From an uncultured Planctomycetaceae bacterium (GTDB lineage Bacteria > Planctomycetota > Planctomycetia > Planctomycetales > Planctomycetaceae), in contig CAWFAK010000003.1 of NCBI GenBank assembly GCA_963813715.1, forward strand, positions 26,191 to 90,190: a stretch of 64,000 nucleotides of DNA, in the 5' to 3' direction. This document shows, piece after piece, positions 54,001 to 64,000 of the stretch. The position numbers were made by a program, and so were the translations under genes. The notes beneath the pieces were generated by a model, which was not told the DNA's origin, did not search any database, and saw only the letters and a list, made by a program, of their open reading frames with translations. The stretch's first letter is position 1, and each line of letters starts with the position of its first letter.

Positions 54001-55312
54001 ATGGCGATCTCAACCCGCTCCAACGCGCTGGCCGCGGCGGCCCTGTTCGCGGCTGTGGGAGCGATCAGCTGCTTTTCACTCTGCTGCTTTTCACTTAGCG
54101 GCTGCACCGAAACCGGGTCGGACCCCGTGACGGCCCAGCAGGGCAAAGCGGCCGATCCGTCGATTCCCACGGCTGCTCTCAATAACCCGACTGGCGGGCG
54201 CGGACAAAACGGCTCCACGGCCGGCGATTCGAGCGTGGCCGCCAACGGCGAACCGAGCCAAATGCCTCAGAATCAGGGGCCTGCGGATCCTCAGGCGGTC
54301 CCCCGGGAAAGAGAGCCCGGAGTGGCTGGCGGGCCAGTTGCTCGTGCTGCGGTCCGAGCCGGCCGGTGCCGAGCGCAATCGCAAACTGATTGCCATGTCG
54401 CTCGAGCTGATCGAGAAAACGCACGAACAAAAGGGGCTGGAGCCGATCTTCAACAAGGCTGTCCAAACCCTCTGTGAGGCCCGGCTCGATCTGGCGGCCA
54501 GCGGCAGCGCCGACGACGCCAAGGCCCTCCAGGACGAGGCTGAGGAGTTTTACCGCCGCGACCCGAATTCCGCCGCGGCTGAAGACGCGGCCTGGTATCT
54601 GACCCGCTTCGCCCACACCAATGCCCGCCAGGCACGGAACGACCGTCGCAAGATCCAGGCTTTCGCCATCGCGGCCCGAAATTTTGCCACGCGTTTCCCC
54701 CACTCCGATTCGAAGGCGCTCCCCCTGCTCCACGCTGCGGGCCAGACCTGCGAGCTCTTTCACCTCGACGGGGAAGCCATGAACTGCTTTGCCGTGTTGC
54801 AGGAAAAATTCCCGAAAACGCCGCAGGCCGACCAGGCCACGGCCATTCTGCGGCGGCTGGAATTGAAGGGGAAAAAGGTCAAATTGTTCGGCGAAACGGC
54901 GGACGGCCGTTTCCTCAAGAACGGCCAGTTATTGGGCAAACCGGTGTTGGTGGTCTTCTGGTCGAGCGACTCGGACGCCTTCCAGGAGATGCTGCCGCTG
55001 CTCTTGAAAGTCACGCGGCCGTACGAGCGCTCCGGTCTGACGATCCTGGGTGTGTGCCTGGACGAGGATAAGGCCGAAATGGAGGCCTTCATCGCCAAGA
55101 ACCGCCTGACGTGGACCCAGCTGTTTTATTCCGACCCAGACAAGCGACACTGGGAGCATCCGCTGGCCCAGTATTACGGCGTCCACGATATCCCCTCGCT
55201 GTGGCTGGTCGACCAGGACGGGAATGCCGTCGACACGCGTGTCACTCCCGATACGCTCGACGGGCAGCTGCGATACCTGATCGCCAACGAGGGCGGCCCC
55301 CAGCGTCAGTAG
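54001..55312 (+). CDS. Lipoprotein with helical repeats and a TlpA/redoxin-like domain lacking CxxC (indel ~54310)
   Basis: Lipobox LSGC; GKPVLVVFWSSDS, ILGVCLD, YGVHDIPSLWLVDQDG. Confidence 0.75.
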
Positions 55313-55862
55313 GCGGCTGCGGGAACCCGCCGGTAGCGTTGTGAGCTTCTGGAACGCCGGCTTCTTTCGTCTCGTGCGCGGTGCGTACCTGCGTGGAGAC
55401 GAGTCGCTTCGCGGCTCGAACGCGGCCCATTTGCCGTCCACTTTGCCAAGTGTCTCGGCCGATAAATTCGCGCGCTACTGGTGCGTAAGCCTTCGCTCAC
55501 CGACGATCGTGAGCCAGTGCGAACGCTTCGTTTGCCCACTCCGCGCGACGAATGTGCACGTCTCTGAGACGCTTCGCGCGGTGCTGCGCGGCAACGCTGA
55601 AACCACTATTTTTACAGCCTGGAACTGTGCGCACGTCCGGTTGCCGTCGAATCGGTTTTCGCCGATGCGAGGCGCTCTGCGCGACCGCGCGACCCGCGAA
55701 GTGCTGAATCTCCCGGGGGAAATTGCGAGATTACAATTTGCCCATAAGACATTTTACCAGCAATTGAGAGTTGCCGAATGCACGTCCGTATATTAGGATC
55801 GACACGTAGGACATGCACCCAGCCTTAGAGCTGAATCAAGTTGCCGCGAGCAGGAGAGCCGA

Positions 55863-56477
55863 ATGTCAACCAGCATGCTTGAAACTAAGCCGGCACTCAC
55901 CAGCCGCCAAAAGCAAATCTACGACTTCTTGAAGGACAAAATCCTGAATCGCGGCTACGGACCTACGGTTCGCGAGATCGGCACTCACTTCGGCATTCGC
56001 TCGCCTAACGGCGTGATGTGCCATTTGAAGGCCCTCGAGCGGAAAGGCCTCATTACCCGCGAATCGCACATGTCGCGGGCCATTCAGCTCTCCGAGTCGG
56101 CCCAGCAGCGGACCAGCCTGCGGCTGGCCGGCCAAATCGCTGCCGGCAGCCCGGTGCTGGCGGTCGAGGAATCCGAGCACATCGATTTCGCTCCCTTGTT
56201 CGAGCCCGAGGATCACTTCTGCCTGCGGGTCAAAGGGGACTCGATGGTCGAGGACCAGATCGCCAGCGGCGACTACGTCGTGGTCCGCCGCCAGGACACG
56301 TGCCGCGAGGGGGAGATTGTGGTCGCCCTGGTCGACGACCACGAAGCGACGCTCAAGCGGTTCTACCGCGAACGCGACCGCTTCCGCCTCGAGCCGGCCA
56401 ACTCGACGATGAAGCCCATCTATTCCAACAACGTGAAAGTGCTAGGAGTGGTGGTCGGCGTCGTCCGGCAGTATTAA
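55863..56477 (+). CDS. lexA: SOS repressor LexA
   Basis: LTSRQ..IYDF, GYGPTVREI, HLKALERKG, IAAG cleavage site, GDSM (Ser), TLKRF (Lys). Confidence 0.97.
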   Translation: MSTSMLETKPALTSRQKQIYDFLKDKILNRGYGPTVREIGTHFGIRSPNGVMCHLKALERKGLITRESHMSRAIQLSESAQQRTSLRLAGQIAAGSPVLAVEESEHIDFAPLFEPEDHFCLRVKGDSMVEDQIASGDYVVVRRQDTCREGEIVVALVDDHEATLKRFYRERDRFRLEPANSTMKPIYSNNVKVLGVVVGVVRQY

Positions 56478-56520
56478 GCGATTTTAATCGCTGCCAACCA
56501 AGCGCGATCAGACACCGAGC

Positions 56521-56691
56521 CCCGAGCCGGGGGCGTTAGCCCCCGGAGAATTTGTGCTTGGTCGGGCTTCGCACGGTAACGACGCTCAGTCGGCGTTAGG
56601 TAATCGCCTTAACTGCGGAAGAGTGCGCTTCGCGAGAAGGCTTTCAGGGGAGGCTTCTCGGGGGGCTGACGCCCCCCGCTCGGGAGAAGCC
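56521..56691. repeat. REP family 3 inverted pair (REPIN-like) between convergent genes
   Basis: CCCGAGCCGGGGGCGTTAGCCCCCGG (56521) and GGGGGGCTGACGCCCCCCGCTCGGG (56660). Confidence 0.85.
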
Positions 56692-56721
56692 CACCTCAAA
56701 CGCTCGACGCCCAGACGCCGC

Positions 56722-58110
56722 TCAGCCGGCCGCGGCGCTGGCCTGGTACTGGTTGAGCTTGTTGTAGAGCGTCTTGAGGGCGATCCCCAGTTCGTGGGCC
56801 GCTTTTGGCTTGTCGCCCGCGTGCTTGTCGAGCACCTGGTGGATTACGTCCATCTCGATTTCCCGCAGCGTCTTGCCCTGACCCGAGCCGATGGATGCGA
56901 CGGCCGGTGTCCGCATTCCGATCCCGCTCACGCTGGCCGGCAGATGCTCCGGCAGGATCGTCTTGCCGTCGGACAGAATGACCGCGTGCTCCAGCGCGTT
57001 GGCCAGCTCGCGGACGTTGCCGCTCCACTCGTGAGAAAGCAGCAGTTCGAGGGCGGCCGGCGAGAGGATGTCGGCCGGGGCCTGGGCTCGCTTCAAATGT
57101 CGGGCGATCAGCGTCTTGGCCAGGCTCGGGATGTCGTCCTTGCGTTCCCGCAGGGGCGACAGATGAATTTCAAACGTGTTGACGCGGAAAAACAGGTCTT
57201 CGCGGAAGGTCCCTTCGGCCACCATGGTCTGCAGATCGCGGTTGGTCGCACAGACGATGCGGACGTCGACGTGGAAGAACTCGTTTTCGCCGACCCGCCG
57301 AATCTCGCCCGATTCCAAAAACCGCAGCAGCATGACCTGCATGCTCTTGTCGAGATCGCCGATTTCGTCGAGGAACAGCGTGCCGCAGTGGGCCACTTCG
57401 ACGAGCCCTTTTCGCGGCGTGTCGGCCCCGGTGAAGGCTCCTTTGCGGTGTCCGAAGAATTCGCTTTCGACGAGGTTTTCCGCCAGCGCTCCGCAGTTAA
57501 CGGCCACGAACGGGCCGTCGACGCGCAGGCTCAGCTCGTGAATGCGGCGGGCGACGAGCTCCTTGCCGGTGCCCGTTTCGCCCTGAATCATCACGGCCGA
57601 ATCGGTCGGCGCGATTTTGTCGACGAGCGCCTTCACCCGGCGCATCGACGCCGTTTCGCCGATCAGGCTGGGGCTGCCTTCCACGCGTTCGAGCTGCCGT
57701 TCCAGGGCCACGGTTTTGCGAGTGAGGGCCAGCTTTTCGCCGACGCGTTTGAGCACGTTGGCGATCTCGAAGAGCTTGCACGGCTTGGGCAGAAAGTCGT
57801 AGGCGCCGCGGCGGAGGGCCTGGATGGCCTCTTCCATGCTGCCGTGGCCCGTGCTGATGATGACTTCGGTGTCGGGGGCGGTTTTCTTGATGTGGTCAAT
57901 GACGTCCCAGCCGCTGAGGCCGGGCATCCGCAGATCGACGATGGCCACGTCGAAGGATTGCTTGTCGAGAGCGGCGATGGCCGCGGCCCCGTCTTCGCAG
58001 ATCGTCGCCTCGTGCCCCATGCGGGGCAGCTCGATCTTCATCACGTCCCGAATGGGGGGTTCATCATCGACGAACAGGACGCGTAACTTGTTGACGGGAA
58101 CAGAGTTCAA
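56722..58110 (-). CDS. Sigma54-dependent response regulator (NtrC family)
   Basis: VLFVDDE, DLRMPG, GETGTGKE, GAFTGA, FLDEIG, Fis HTH; TTG start with GGAG RBS. Confidence 0.95.
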   Translation of the reverse strand: MNSVPVNKLRVLFVDDEPPIRDVMKIELPRMGHEATICEDGAAAIAALDKQSFDVAIVDLRMPGLSGWDVIDHIKKTAPDTEVIISTGHGSMEEAIQALRRGAYDFLPKPCKLFEIANVLKRVGEKLALTRKTVALERQLERVEGSPSLIGETASMRRVKALVDKIAPTDSAVMIQGETGTGKELVARRIHELSLRVDGPFVAVNCGALAENLVESEFFGHRKGAFTGADTPRKGLVEVAHCGTLFLDEIGDLDKSMQVMLLRFLESGEIRRVGENEFFHVDVRIVCATNRDLQTMVAEGTFREDLFFRVNTFEIHLSPLRERKDDIPSLAKTLIARHLKRAQAPADILSPAALELLLSHEWSGNVRELANALEHAVILSDGKTILPEHLPASVSGIGMRTPAVASIGSGQGKTLREIEMDVIHQVLDKHAGDKPKAAHELGIALKTLYNKLNQYQASAAAG

Positions 58111-58472
58111 GCCGCCCTCTCCTTGGTGCGTAGTCCGCCGAATCCCTTCGGTGGCCCCCGGTTTTGGAGCCGCTTGATAACACATTGCCCCAAACGTGGC
58201 AACGCTTTCCGCCTCAAGTTTGGCGACGAAATTCGGGCCCCAAACGATCGATCGCCGGGTTGCAGGCAAACAGGTGATTTCTCATGTTACGGAGCCGAAA
58301 CCAGCGGCCGTTCCGGACGTCGGTGAAGCGATAGTGGCACGACCCGAAGAAACCTGATCCACTTCGGGTGTCGTGAACAAATTGACTCAAACAGGACGTC
58401 TTACTTTTCAGTAACACTTCGAGATTTCGTCGACGGACCTGGGCATAGATCACGGATTCGGAGGGGGCGTCA

Positions 58473-59546
58473 ATGAGTCGTATTTGGCTGGTATTGGGAA
58501 TCGCCGGCCTGTTGCTCGTGTCGTGTCGCCGAGCTTCCCTTGCCCCCGCTTGCTGCCCCGCGCCACCGCCCGGCAAGGCCGTCGTAAACGCGGATCAGAC
58601 GGTGATCATTGTCTGGGACGCCGCACACAAGACGGAGCACTTCATTCGCAAGGCCTCGTTTAAAGGGGATGCCGCCGACTTTGGCTTTCTGGTGCCCACG
58701 CCAGCGCAGCCCGAGCTAGAAGAGTCGGGCAACGAAGCTTTTTCATTTCTGGCCAAATTGACCGCTCCTGCGAAAGAAGTCAGGCCCCGGCCGGAGCATT
58801 GCAGCATTTGTTGCGGCGAAGAGGTTAAGTCGACAAAGAAGAGTGACGTGAGCGTGCTTGCCGAAAAGTCCGTGGCCGGCTTTCACGCGGTCGTCCTTCA
58901 GACGAAATCATCCGACGCTTTGGCGCAGTGGCTGAAGGAGCATGGCTACGCATTCTCTCCCGAAGTCCAAACCTGGGCGAAACCCTATGTCGAAGCCGGA
59001 TGGAAGATCACAGCTTTACGGGTCGAGAAGGACAAGCGGGCTGCCGACGACGCGCGGGTCGCAACACCCGCATTGCGGATGACATTCAAGACGGACCGAC
59101 CGCTGTTTCCGTATCGTGAGCCGGATCCGAAGGCCTTCGCACAATCATTGTCGGCCCAAAAGCGACTGTTGCGAATCTTCTTCCTTGCCGAGGCACGCTA
59201 CCGCGGCGAAATAGTCCACAGCACATGGTCGGGCAATATCGCTTGGGCGAACAGGCTAAGCCCGGAGAACCGGACGGAAACACTCAGGCTGCTGAAGATC
59301 AAAGATGTCGATCAACCGGCCGGGAACTGGCTCACCGAATTCGAGGACGACTGGGCTTACGCGGCGGCCCCGGCCGATGTGACGTTCTCCCCCGATCCCA
59401 TCCGGGGCCCGATCACGCGTGAGCCGATCATCGAATACACCGCTTCGCCCTGGCCGACGGATCCCACGGCCTACGGACTCGTAGCGCTCGTCGTCGCTCC
59501 TCCGCTCGTCCGCCGATTCCGTCGCGGGAAAGTTCGCGATCTTTAG
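58473..59546 (+). CDS. DUF2330-like secreted, C-terminally anchored protein
   Basis: ACCPA, QTVIIVWD, DFGFLVPTP..PEL, LAQWLKEHGY, F.TDRPLFPY; C-terminal TM followed by RRFRR. Confidence 0.75.
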   Translation: MSRIWLVLGIAGLLLVSCRRASLAPACCPAPPPGKAVVNADQTVIIVWDAAHKTEHFIRKASFKGDAADFGFLVPTPAQPELEESGNEAFSFLAKLTAPAKEVRPRPEHCSICCGEEVKSTKKSDVSVLAEKSVAGFHAVVLQTKSSDALAQWLKEHGYAFSPEVQTWAKPYVEAGWKITALRVEKDKRAADDARVATPALRMTFKTDRPLFPYREPDPKAFAQSLSAQKRLLRIFFLAEARYRGEIVHSTWSGNIAWANRLSPENRTETLRLLKIKDVDQPAGNWLTEFEDDWAYAAAPADVTFSPDPIRGPITREPIIEYTASPWPTDPTAYGLVALVVAPPLVRRFRRGKVRDL

Positions 59547-59576
59547 TCTCGGACGACGACTGATCCGGAGCGATCG

Positions 59577-59846
59577 ATGCCAGTCGACCCCGAGTACTAT
59601 CAGCGTCTTGAAGATGCGATCGACGGCATTTTGACCGAGCTCGCCGGCGTTTTATCGTCGACCGAATTAGCTGACGTGGGCGAATTTAATTGCCATGGCG
59701 AGTATGGTCTCGCCCTAGAGGAACTCTGCGCGATCATCTCGGATGGCGGGTATACCGTCGAGCAGAGCGTGTACGAGAAGATTGTCACCGTCGGAATGAC
59801 GATGGGGATTAATAGCAGCTGGTGGTCGCCGATAAAGACGAAATAG
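59577..59846 (+). CDS. MafI-like immunity protein (orphan)
   Basis: 89 aa acidic helical protein with EF..HGEYGLALEELC..I motif and terminal W. Confidence 0.65.
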   Translation: MPVDPEYYQRLEDAIDGILTELAGVLSSTELADVGEFNCHGEYGLALEELCAIISDGGYTVEQSVYEKIVTVGMTMGINSSWWSPIKTK

Positions 59847-59920
59847 AGGGCGATCCAAGGCTGCACTCGAGCGGCCAGACCTAAGGTAAGGCGGCTTTGG
59901 GGTCCGCCCGCGCGGCTCGC

Positions 59921-61473
59921 TCAGGCGGCGGTGCCGCTCTTGATCGCTTTGCGGGGCAGACGCACGCGGAAGGAGCTGCCGCGGCCGGGGCCGGCGCTTT
60001 CGACTTGGATTGCGCCGCCGTGATCGGTGACGATGCGGTGCGTGATCGACAGGCCCAGGCCCGTGCCGCGGCCATTGCGGCGCTGGGTGAAGAAGGGCTC
60101 GAAGAGATTGTCGATCACTTGCTGCGACATGCCGCAGCCGTCGTCGGTAATGATCAGCGTGACGTGGTCGGTCTGCTCGGTGATGGTGATGGTCATTGTG
60201 CCGCCGTCATCCATCGCCTCGAGCCCGTTGGAGACGAGGTTCAGCACCACCTGCTGAATTTCGGGGCCGTTCATTTCCAATTGGCACGGCGCCGTGCGGG
60301 TGAAGCGGATCGTGCGATCGCGGTAGCGGCTCATGATTCGCACGACGCGGAGCACGTCGTTCACGATGGACGTCAGGTCGTGGCACGCGCAGCGGTCCCC
60401 GTTCCCGCGGGCAAATTCGAGCAGATTTTGCGTGATTTTCTGACAGCGGAACGCTTCCCGCTGGATCATTTCGAGATACTGCTGCACGACCTCGGCTTCC
60501 TGACGTTCGGCAGAGGCAGGCTCTTCCGCAAAACGCTCCGTGAGCGATTCGGAGGCCATGGCGATGGCGGAGAGGGGATTGTTGATCTCGTGCGCCACGC
60601 CGGCCGCCAGCAGCCCGATGCCTGCCAGTCGCTCGGAGCGGACAAGCTGCTTGCTCCGCTCGTAAACCTGGCGATCGAGGTCGCCGCGAATTTCCTGGAA
60701 GCGGGCCGTCATGCTGTTGAAGGCTTCGGCCAGCTCTTTCATTTCGTCCTGCCGCGTGAAGCTGAGGCGGTAGTTGAAATCGCCCTGGGCGACCCGCGAG
60801 GCTCCCTGGTGCAGCTTCCGCAAGGGGGCGAAGACCCAGATGTAGCCGTAGATGATCAGTCCGCAGAAGAAGACCACGGAGAGGCCGGCCGACCAGGTGA
60901 CGAGCCGAAAATTTCTCTGAAAGATGGCGCTGGCTTTTTCCAACTGCATGGAAATCCCCGCTTGGAAGTCGGGGATGTCTTCGGCGCTTTGACGGAGGAG
61001 TTCGACCTTCTGCTGGAGATCCTCGATCGTGGCCTTCGGGAATTTGGGATCCGCCAACGACCCCGCGCGATGCTTGAGGTCTTCTTCGATCACTTTGCTC
61101 ATCGCGCTCACCATCCCCAGCGCGATCGGCTTCATTTGCTCGTAGTCCGAGCGGGGCGGCAGCATCTGAAGCTTCAGCAGATAATCGTTCGCCTCGCCCT
61201 GAGCGTTTCTAACGGCCGCCTCAAAATCTTCGTAACGGCGTTGCGCGCCCGCCTCGTCAACGTGGACGTGTTTAAGTGGCCTTTGGAGGCGGGCGACGGC
61301 CTCGGTCAGCTCGTGTTGCGCGGGCACTTGTTGAATGAATAGTCGAGGTCCCGAATGACCTGCCGGTAGGAGATGTGGCTGTAGATGGCACTGACGGACA
61401 GCAGGATCATCATCACGAGGACGATGACCAGTCCGCAAACCATCGTGCGCCGGATCGTGCGCGTAAAGAGCAC
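59921..61473 (-). CDS. HAMP-domain sensor histidine kinase (indel ~61340)
   Basis: Two TMs, HAMP, LAAGVAHEINNPL, QVVLNL..N, DDGCG, FEPFFT, GTGLGL. Confidence 0.93.
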
Positions 61474-61688
61474 GCGAGGACTCCCCCTCTTCCCTGCCCC
61501 GCTCCTCGCCTCCTTGGGATCCGGACATCCTTGGATCCGGAAATCCTGGATCCGGCTCTGGCCGGACGGACCGGGGGAGCGGGAGTCTATCTGCGTGCGC
61601 CCGAGTTCCACAACCCGAAATCCGGGCGACTGAAATCCAGGCGACGGCCGAGATTAGGTCGCCGGTGTCTGACCGGGCGGCGGCAGGC

Positions 61689-63137
61689 TTAACCGCCCCG
61701 CTCTTCGGAGCGGCGTTCGGGAGCCGGCGGAGCCGGTGCCGGCGCCGCATTTGGCGGGGCCGGTGCGGGCGTCGACGGCGAGATGGAGTCGCGGGAGGTC
61801 GAATCGCTCGTCGGGCTGGTGCGATTGGGCGTCGGCGTGACCGGCTTGCCCCATTTCGATTGGCGCTGCACTTGCTTGCGGTATTGCAGCAGCCCGGCCA
61901 TCAAAATGTCGATGACCTTGGCCAGTTCGGAGAGAGCCTTCGAATAGTTCTTCGAGTCGAGCGAGCTGCGAGCCAAGGCTCGGGCCGCTTGCTGGGCCGG
62001 CCAATCGATGGCCCACCGCTCTTCGCTCGCCGCGCGCGCAAGTTCCCCTTCGAGGGCCGCCAGATGGTTCAAAAAGGCGACGCTCGAGCGGGCCGAGGCG
62101 GTGCGGTACGGCCGCCAGACGGTCGTTTCGACTCCCGCCTCGCCCAGCGACGTGTCACGCGGACGCCGCTCCAGCCAGAAGGCAAATACTCCGACTGCGG
62201 CGAACGCCGCGGCACCGGCCACATAGACTCCGGCCACCGCATGCTCGCGGAACAGAATGCAGATGATGCCGACGACGAAGATCAGTGCCAGCGTCCAAAT
62301 TGTGATGATCCAGCCGAGTCCCAGTCCGCCGGTCGGTGCGTGAGCTTCCTCCTCTTCGGGACCTCCCGGCGTCGCGGCCACCCGCGCGATCACCACCGTC
62401 ACGTTGTCCGAACCGCCCCGCAGGTTGGCCAGGTTGACCAGCATGCGGCAGGCCTCGGGCGGCGGCAGCTCGCGGGCAATGATCCCGATCTCGGCGTCCT
62501 GCACGTGACCCGTCAGGCCGTCGGAGCAGATCAGATAGACGTCGCCGGGGAGCACGGCATACGGCCCCTCGATGTCGACCTGCACGACCGGTTCCGGCCC
62601 CAGCGAACGCGTGATCACGTGCCGCGATTCGTGGAGGAAAACTTCGTCGGGCCGCAATCGTCCCTGCCGCATCAATTCCCACTGCACGCTGTGGTCGGCC
62701 GTCAACTGGTCGATGCGTTCGCCGCGGATGCGGTAGAGGCGGCTGTCGCCGACGTGGGCAATGACGGCCCCCTGCGAGCAGAGGACGAGCGCCGTGCCGG
62801 TCGTCCCCATGCGGGCGAAATCGCGGTTGAGCGAGCCCCGCTCGTTGATGGCCGCGTTGGCCGTTTCGAACGATTCCTTCAGCGCCTCGGGGACATCCGT
62901 GTTGCGGAGTTTGAAGAAGGTGTGGCAGATGGTGTCGGCGGCGATCTTGCTCGCCAGTTCCCCGACGGCGTGCCCCCCCATGCCGTCGGCCACCATCAAG
63001 AGATGCCCGTGCTCGCGCCAGATTTCGGCGTCGGAGCAGATGCGGACCGCGAACGAATCCTGATTATTACGGCGGCGAAAGCCAATATCGCTGACGGAGG
63101 CATAGCGGATCGGCTGATCCCAGCGCATCCGGTTCAT
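61689..63137 (-). CDS. PP2C-family Ser/Thr phosphatase with two TMs
   Basis: RRNNQD, VADGMGGH..GE.AS, MGTT, HVGDSRLY, CSDGL, GGSDNVT. Confidence 0.93.
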   Translation of the reverse strand: MNRMRWDQPIRYASVSDIGFRRRNNQDSFAVRICSDAEIWREHGHLLMVADGMGGHAVGELASKIAADTICHTFFKLRNTDVPEALKESFETANAAINERGSLNRDFARMGTTGTALVLCSQGAVIAHVGDSRLYRIRGERIDQLTADHSVQWELMRQGRLRPDEVFLHESRHVITRSLGPEPVVQVDIEGPYAVLPGDVYLICSDGLTGHVQDAEIGIIARELPPPEACRMLVNLANLRGGSDNVTVVIARVAATPGGPEEEEAHAPTGGLGLGWIITIWTLALIFVVGIICILFREHAVAGVYVAGAAAFAAVGVFAFWLERRPRDTSLGEAGVETTVWRPYRTASARSSVAFLNHLAALEGELARAASEERWAIDWPAQQAARALARSSLDSKNYSKALSELAKVIDILMAGLLQYRKQVQRQSKWGKPVTPTPNRTSPTSDSTSRDSISPSTPAPAPPNAAPAPAPPAPERRSEERGG

Positions 63138-63557
63138 CTTATCCGGGGCCGTTTTGGCAAGTAAAGCGCCGTTCCAAGGTTCGTCCGGCGCAACTCCCGT
63201 CGCCGCAATCGATATGGTCATTGACAGTCCAGCGCGTCGGACCGTCGGCGACTGGTCTGGCAGGGGTCGGGATCGACGAATAGAATCCCCCGCCTGCAGA
63301 ACGGCCCGCGTGGTAAGCGGAGCTTGGGTCAGCAGATAGGCGCACGGCCGATCGGCCGTACGGACTCGACGCCCAAATCTGCTAACCTTCGCGCACGGAC
63401 CACAACGAGAATCGCGCCGACTTGGAGATCTCCGCAGTCGGCCAGATCAGTCGCCCGGATCAGTCGCACTTCGGCTCGAATCGTTGACGATTTGACGCGT
63501 TGACTATGCTTTACGCCAACCTGCCCCGCGCAGACCACGACGCACGTCGGCCGGACG

Positions 63558-64000
63558 TTGCCAGAGGGCTCCGTCCGCGCGCCGCTCGGGACCCGGTCGA
63601 TCGGCGGCTGGCGACTGCTCGTCTTGGCGCTGGCAACCTGCGGCGTCTGCTCATCGAGCGGCTGTGTTTACCGGCGGCTCGTCGTCAAATCCGACCCGCC
63701 CGGGGCCCAAGTGATTCTCGACGGTCAGGAAGTCGGCATCACGCCGGTGGCCGTGCCGTTCACGTATTACGGCACCCGACAGCTGACGCTCGTGAAGCCG
63801 GGCTACGAGACGCGCACCGAGCTGGTGAAGATTCCGGCCCCGTGGTACCAGACGTTCCCGCTCGACGTTGTGTCCGACAACGTGCTGCTCCACCAGGTGA
63901 ACGACCGCCACGAAATCGCCTGGCAACTGACGCCGCAAGGCGTCGTGCCGCTGGAGAAGCTGCAAGAGCGGGCCGACTCGCTGCGCTCCAAGGCGCACAT
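63558..64000 (+). CDS. PEGA-domain lipoprotein (partial, runs off the right edge; start uncertain)
   Basis: Manual translation: SSSGCVYRRLVVKSDPPGAQVILDGQEVGITP...YYGTRQLTLVKPGYET. Confidence 0.8.
   Translation, partial: MPEGSVRAPLGTRSIGGWRLLVLALATCGVCSSSGCVYRRLVVKSDPPGAQVILDGQEVGITPVAVPFTYYGTRQLTLVKPGYETRTELVKIPAPWYQTFPLDVVSDNVLLHQVNDRHEIAWQLTPQGVVPLEKLQERADSLRSKAH

Noticed and set aside
55836..55864. Sigma28-like TCAAG-N17-GCCGAA before lexA
   Set aside because: It overlaps the RBS and start codon, leaving no room for a transcript leader; likely chance.

Overview
High-GC chromosomal segment that looks like a Planctomycetota (Planctomycetales-type) genome, inferred from the planctomycete cytochrome c domains, FGE/PEGA/NEW3 proteins and gene order. 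Many genes, including essential ones (rpsI, xseA, hisC, dtd), are split by single-base indels, which most likely reflects uncorrected long-read assembly error rather than pseudogenisation. Left half, mostly + strand: xseAB, hisCB, a flagellar rod/ring/hook-junction cluster (flgF-flgG-flgA-flgH-'mini-flgH'-flgI-flgJ-like-flgN-flgK-flgL), rplM-rpsI, an MscK-like channel, a MutS-like ATPase, ahcY, an RND adaptor, a Ser/Thr kinase and accA. A 28-bp dif-like XerCD site lies at 33758-33785. KOPS-like GGGNAGGG octamers and overall gene orientation flip around it, so the window probably spans the replication terminus. Right half: cvpA-like, dtd, thiO, a cytochrome c protein, larE, glyA, a BRCT-MerR-TPR protein, nagB/PIG-L, lexA, a sigma54 two-component system split by DUF2330 plus a MafI-like immunity gene, and a PP2C phosphatase. 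It also contains a ~6 kb accessory patch (43.8-49.7 kb) with two HUH (Y1) transposases, each with its own REP/REPIN family, and an AAA_25/RepA-like helicase gene. That gene carries about nine same-strand 14-bp repeats and is bracketed by direct REP-containing repeats. This cassette is the best candidate here for an undescribed element.
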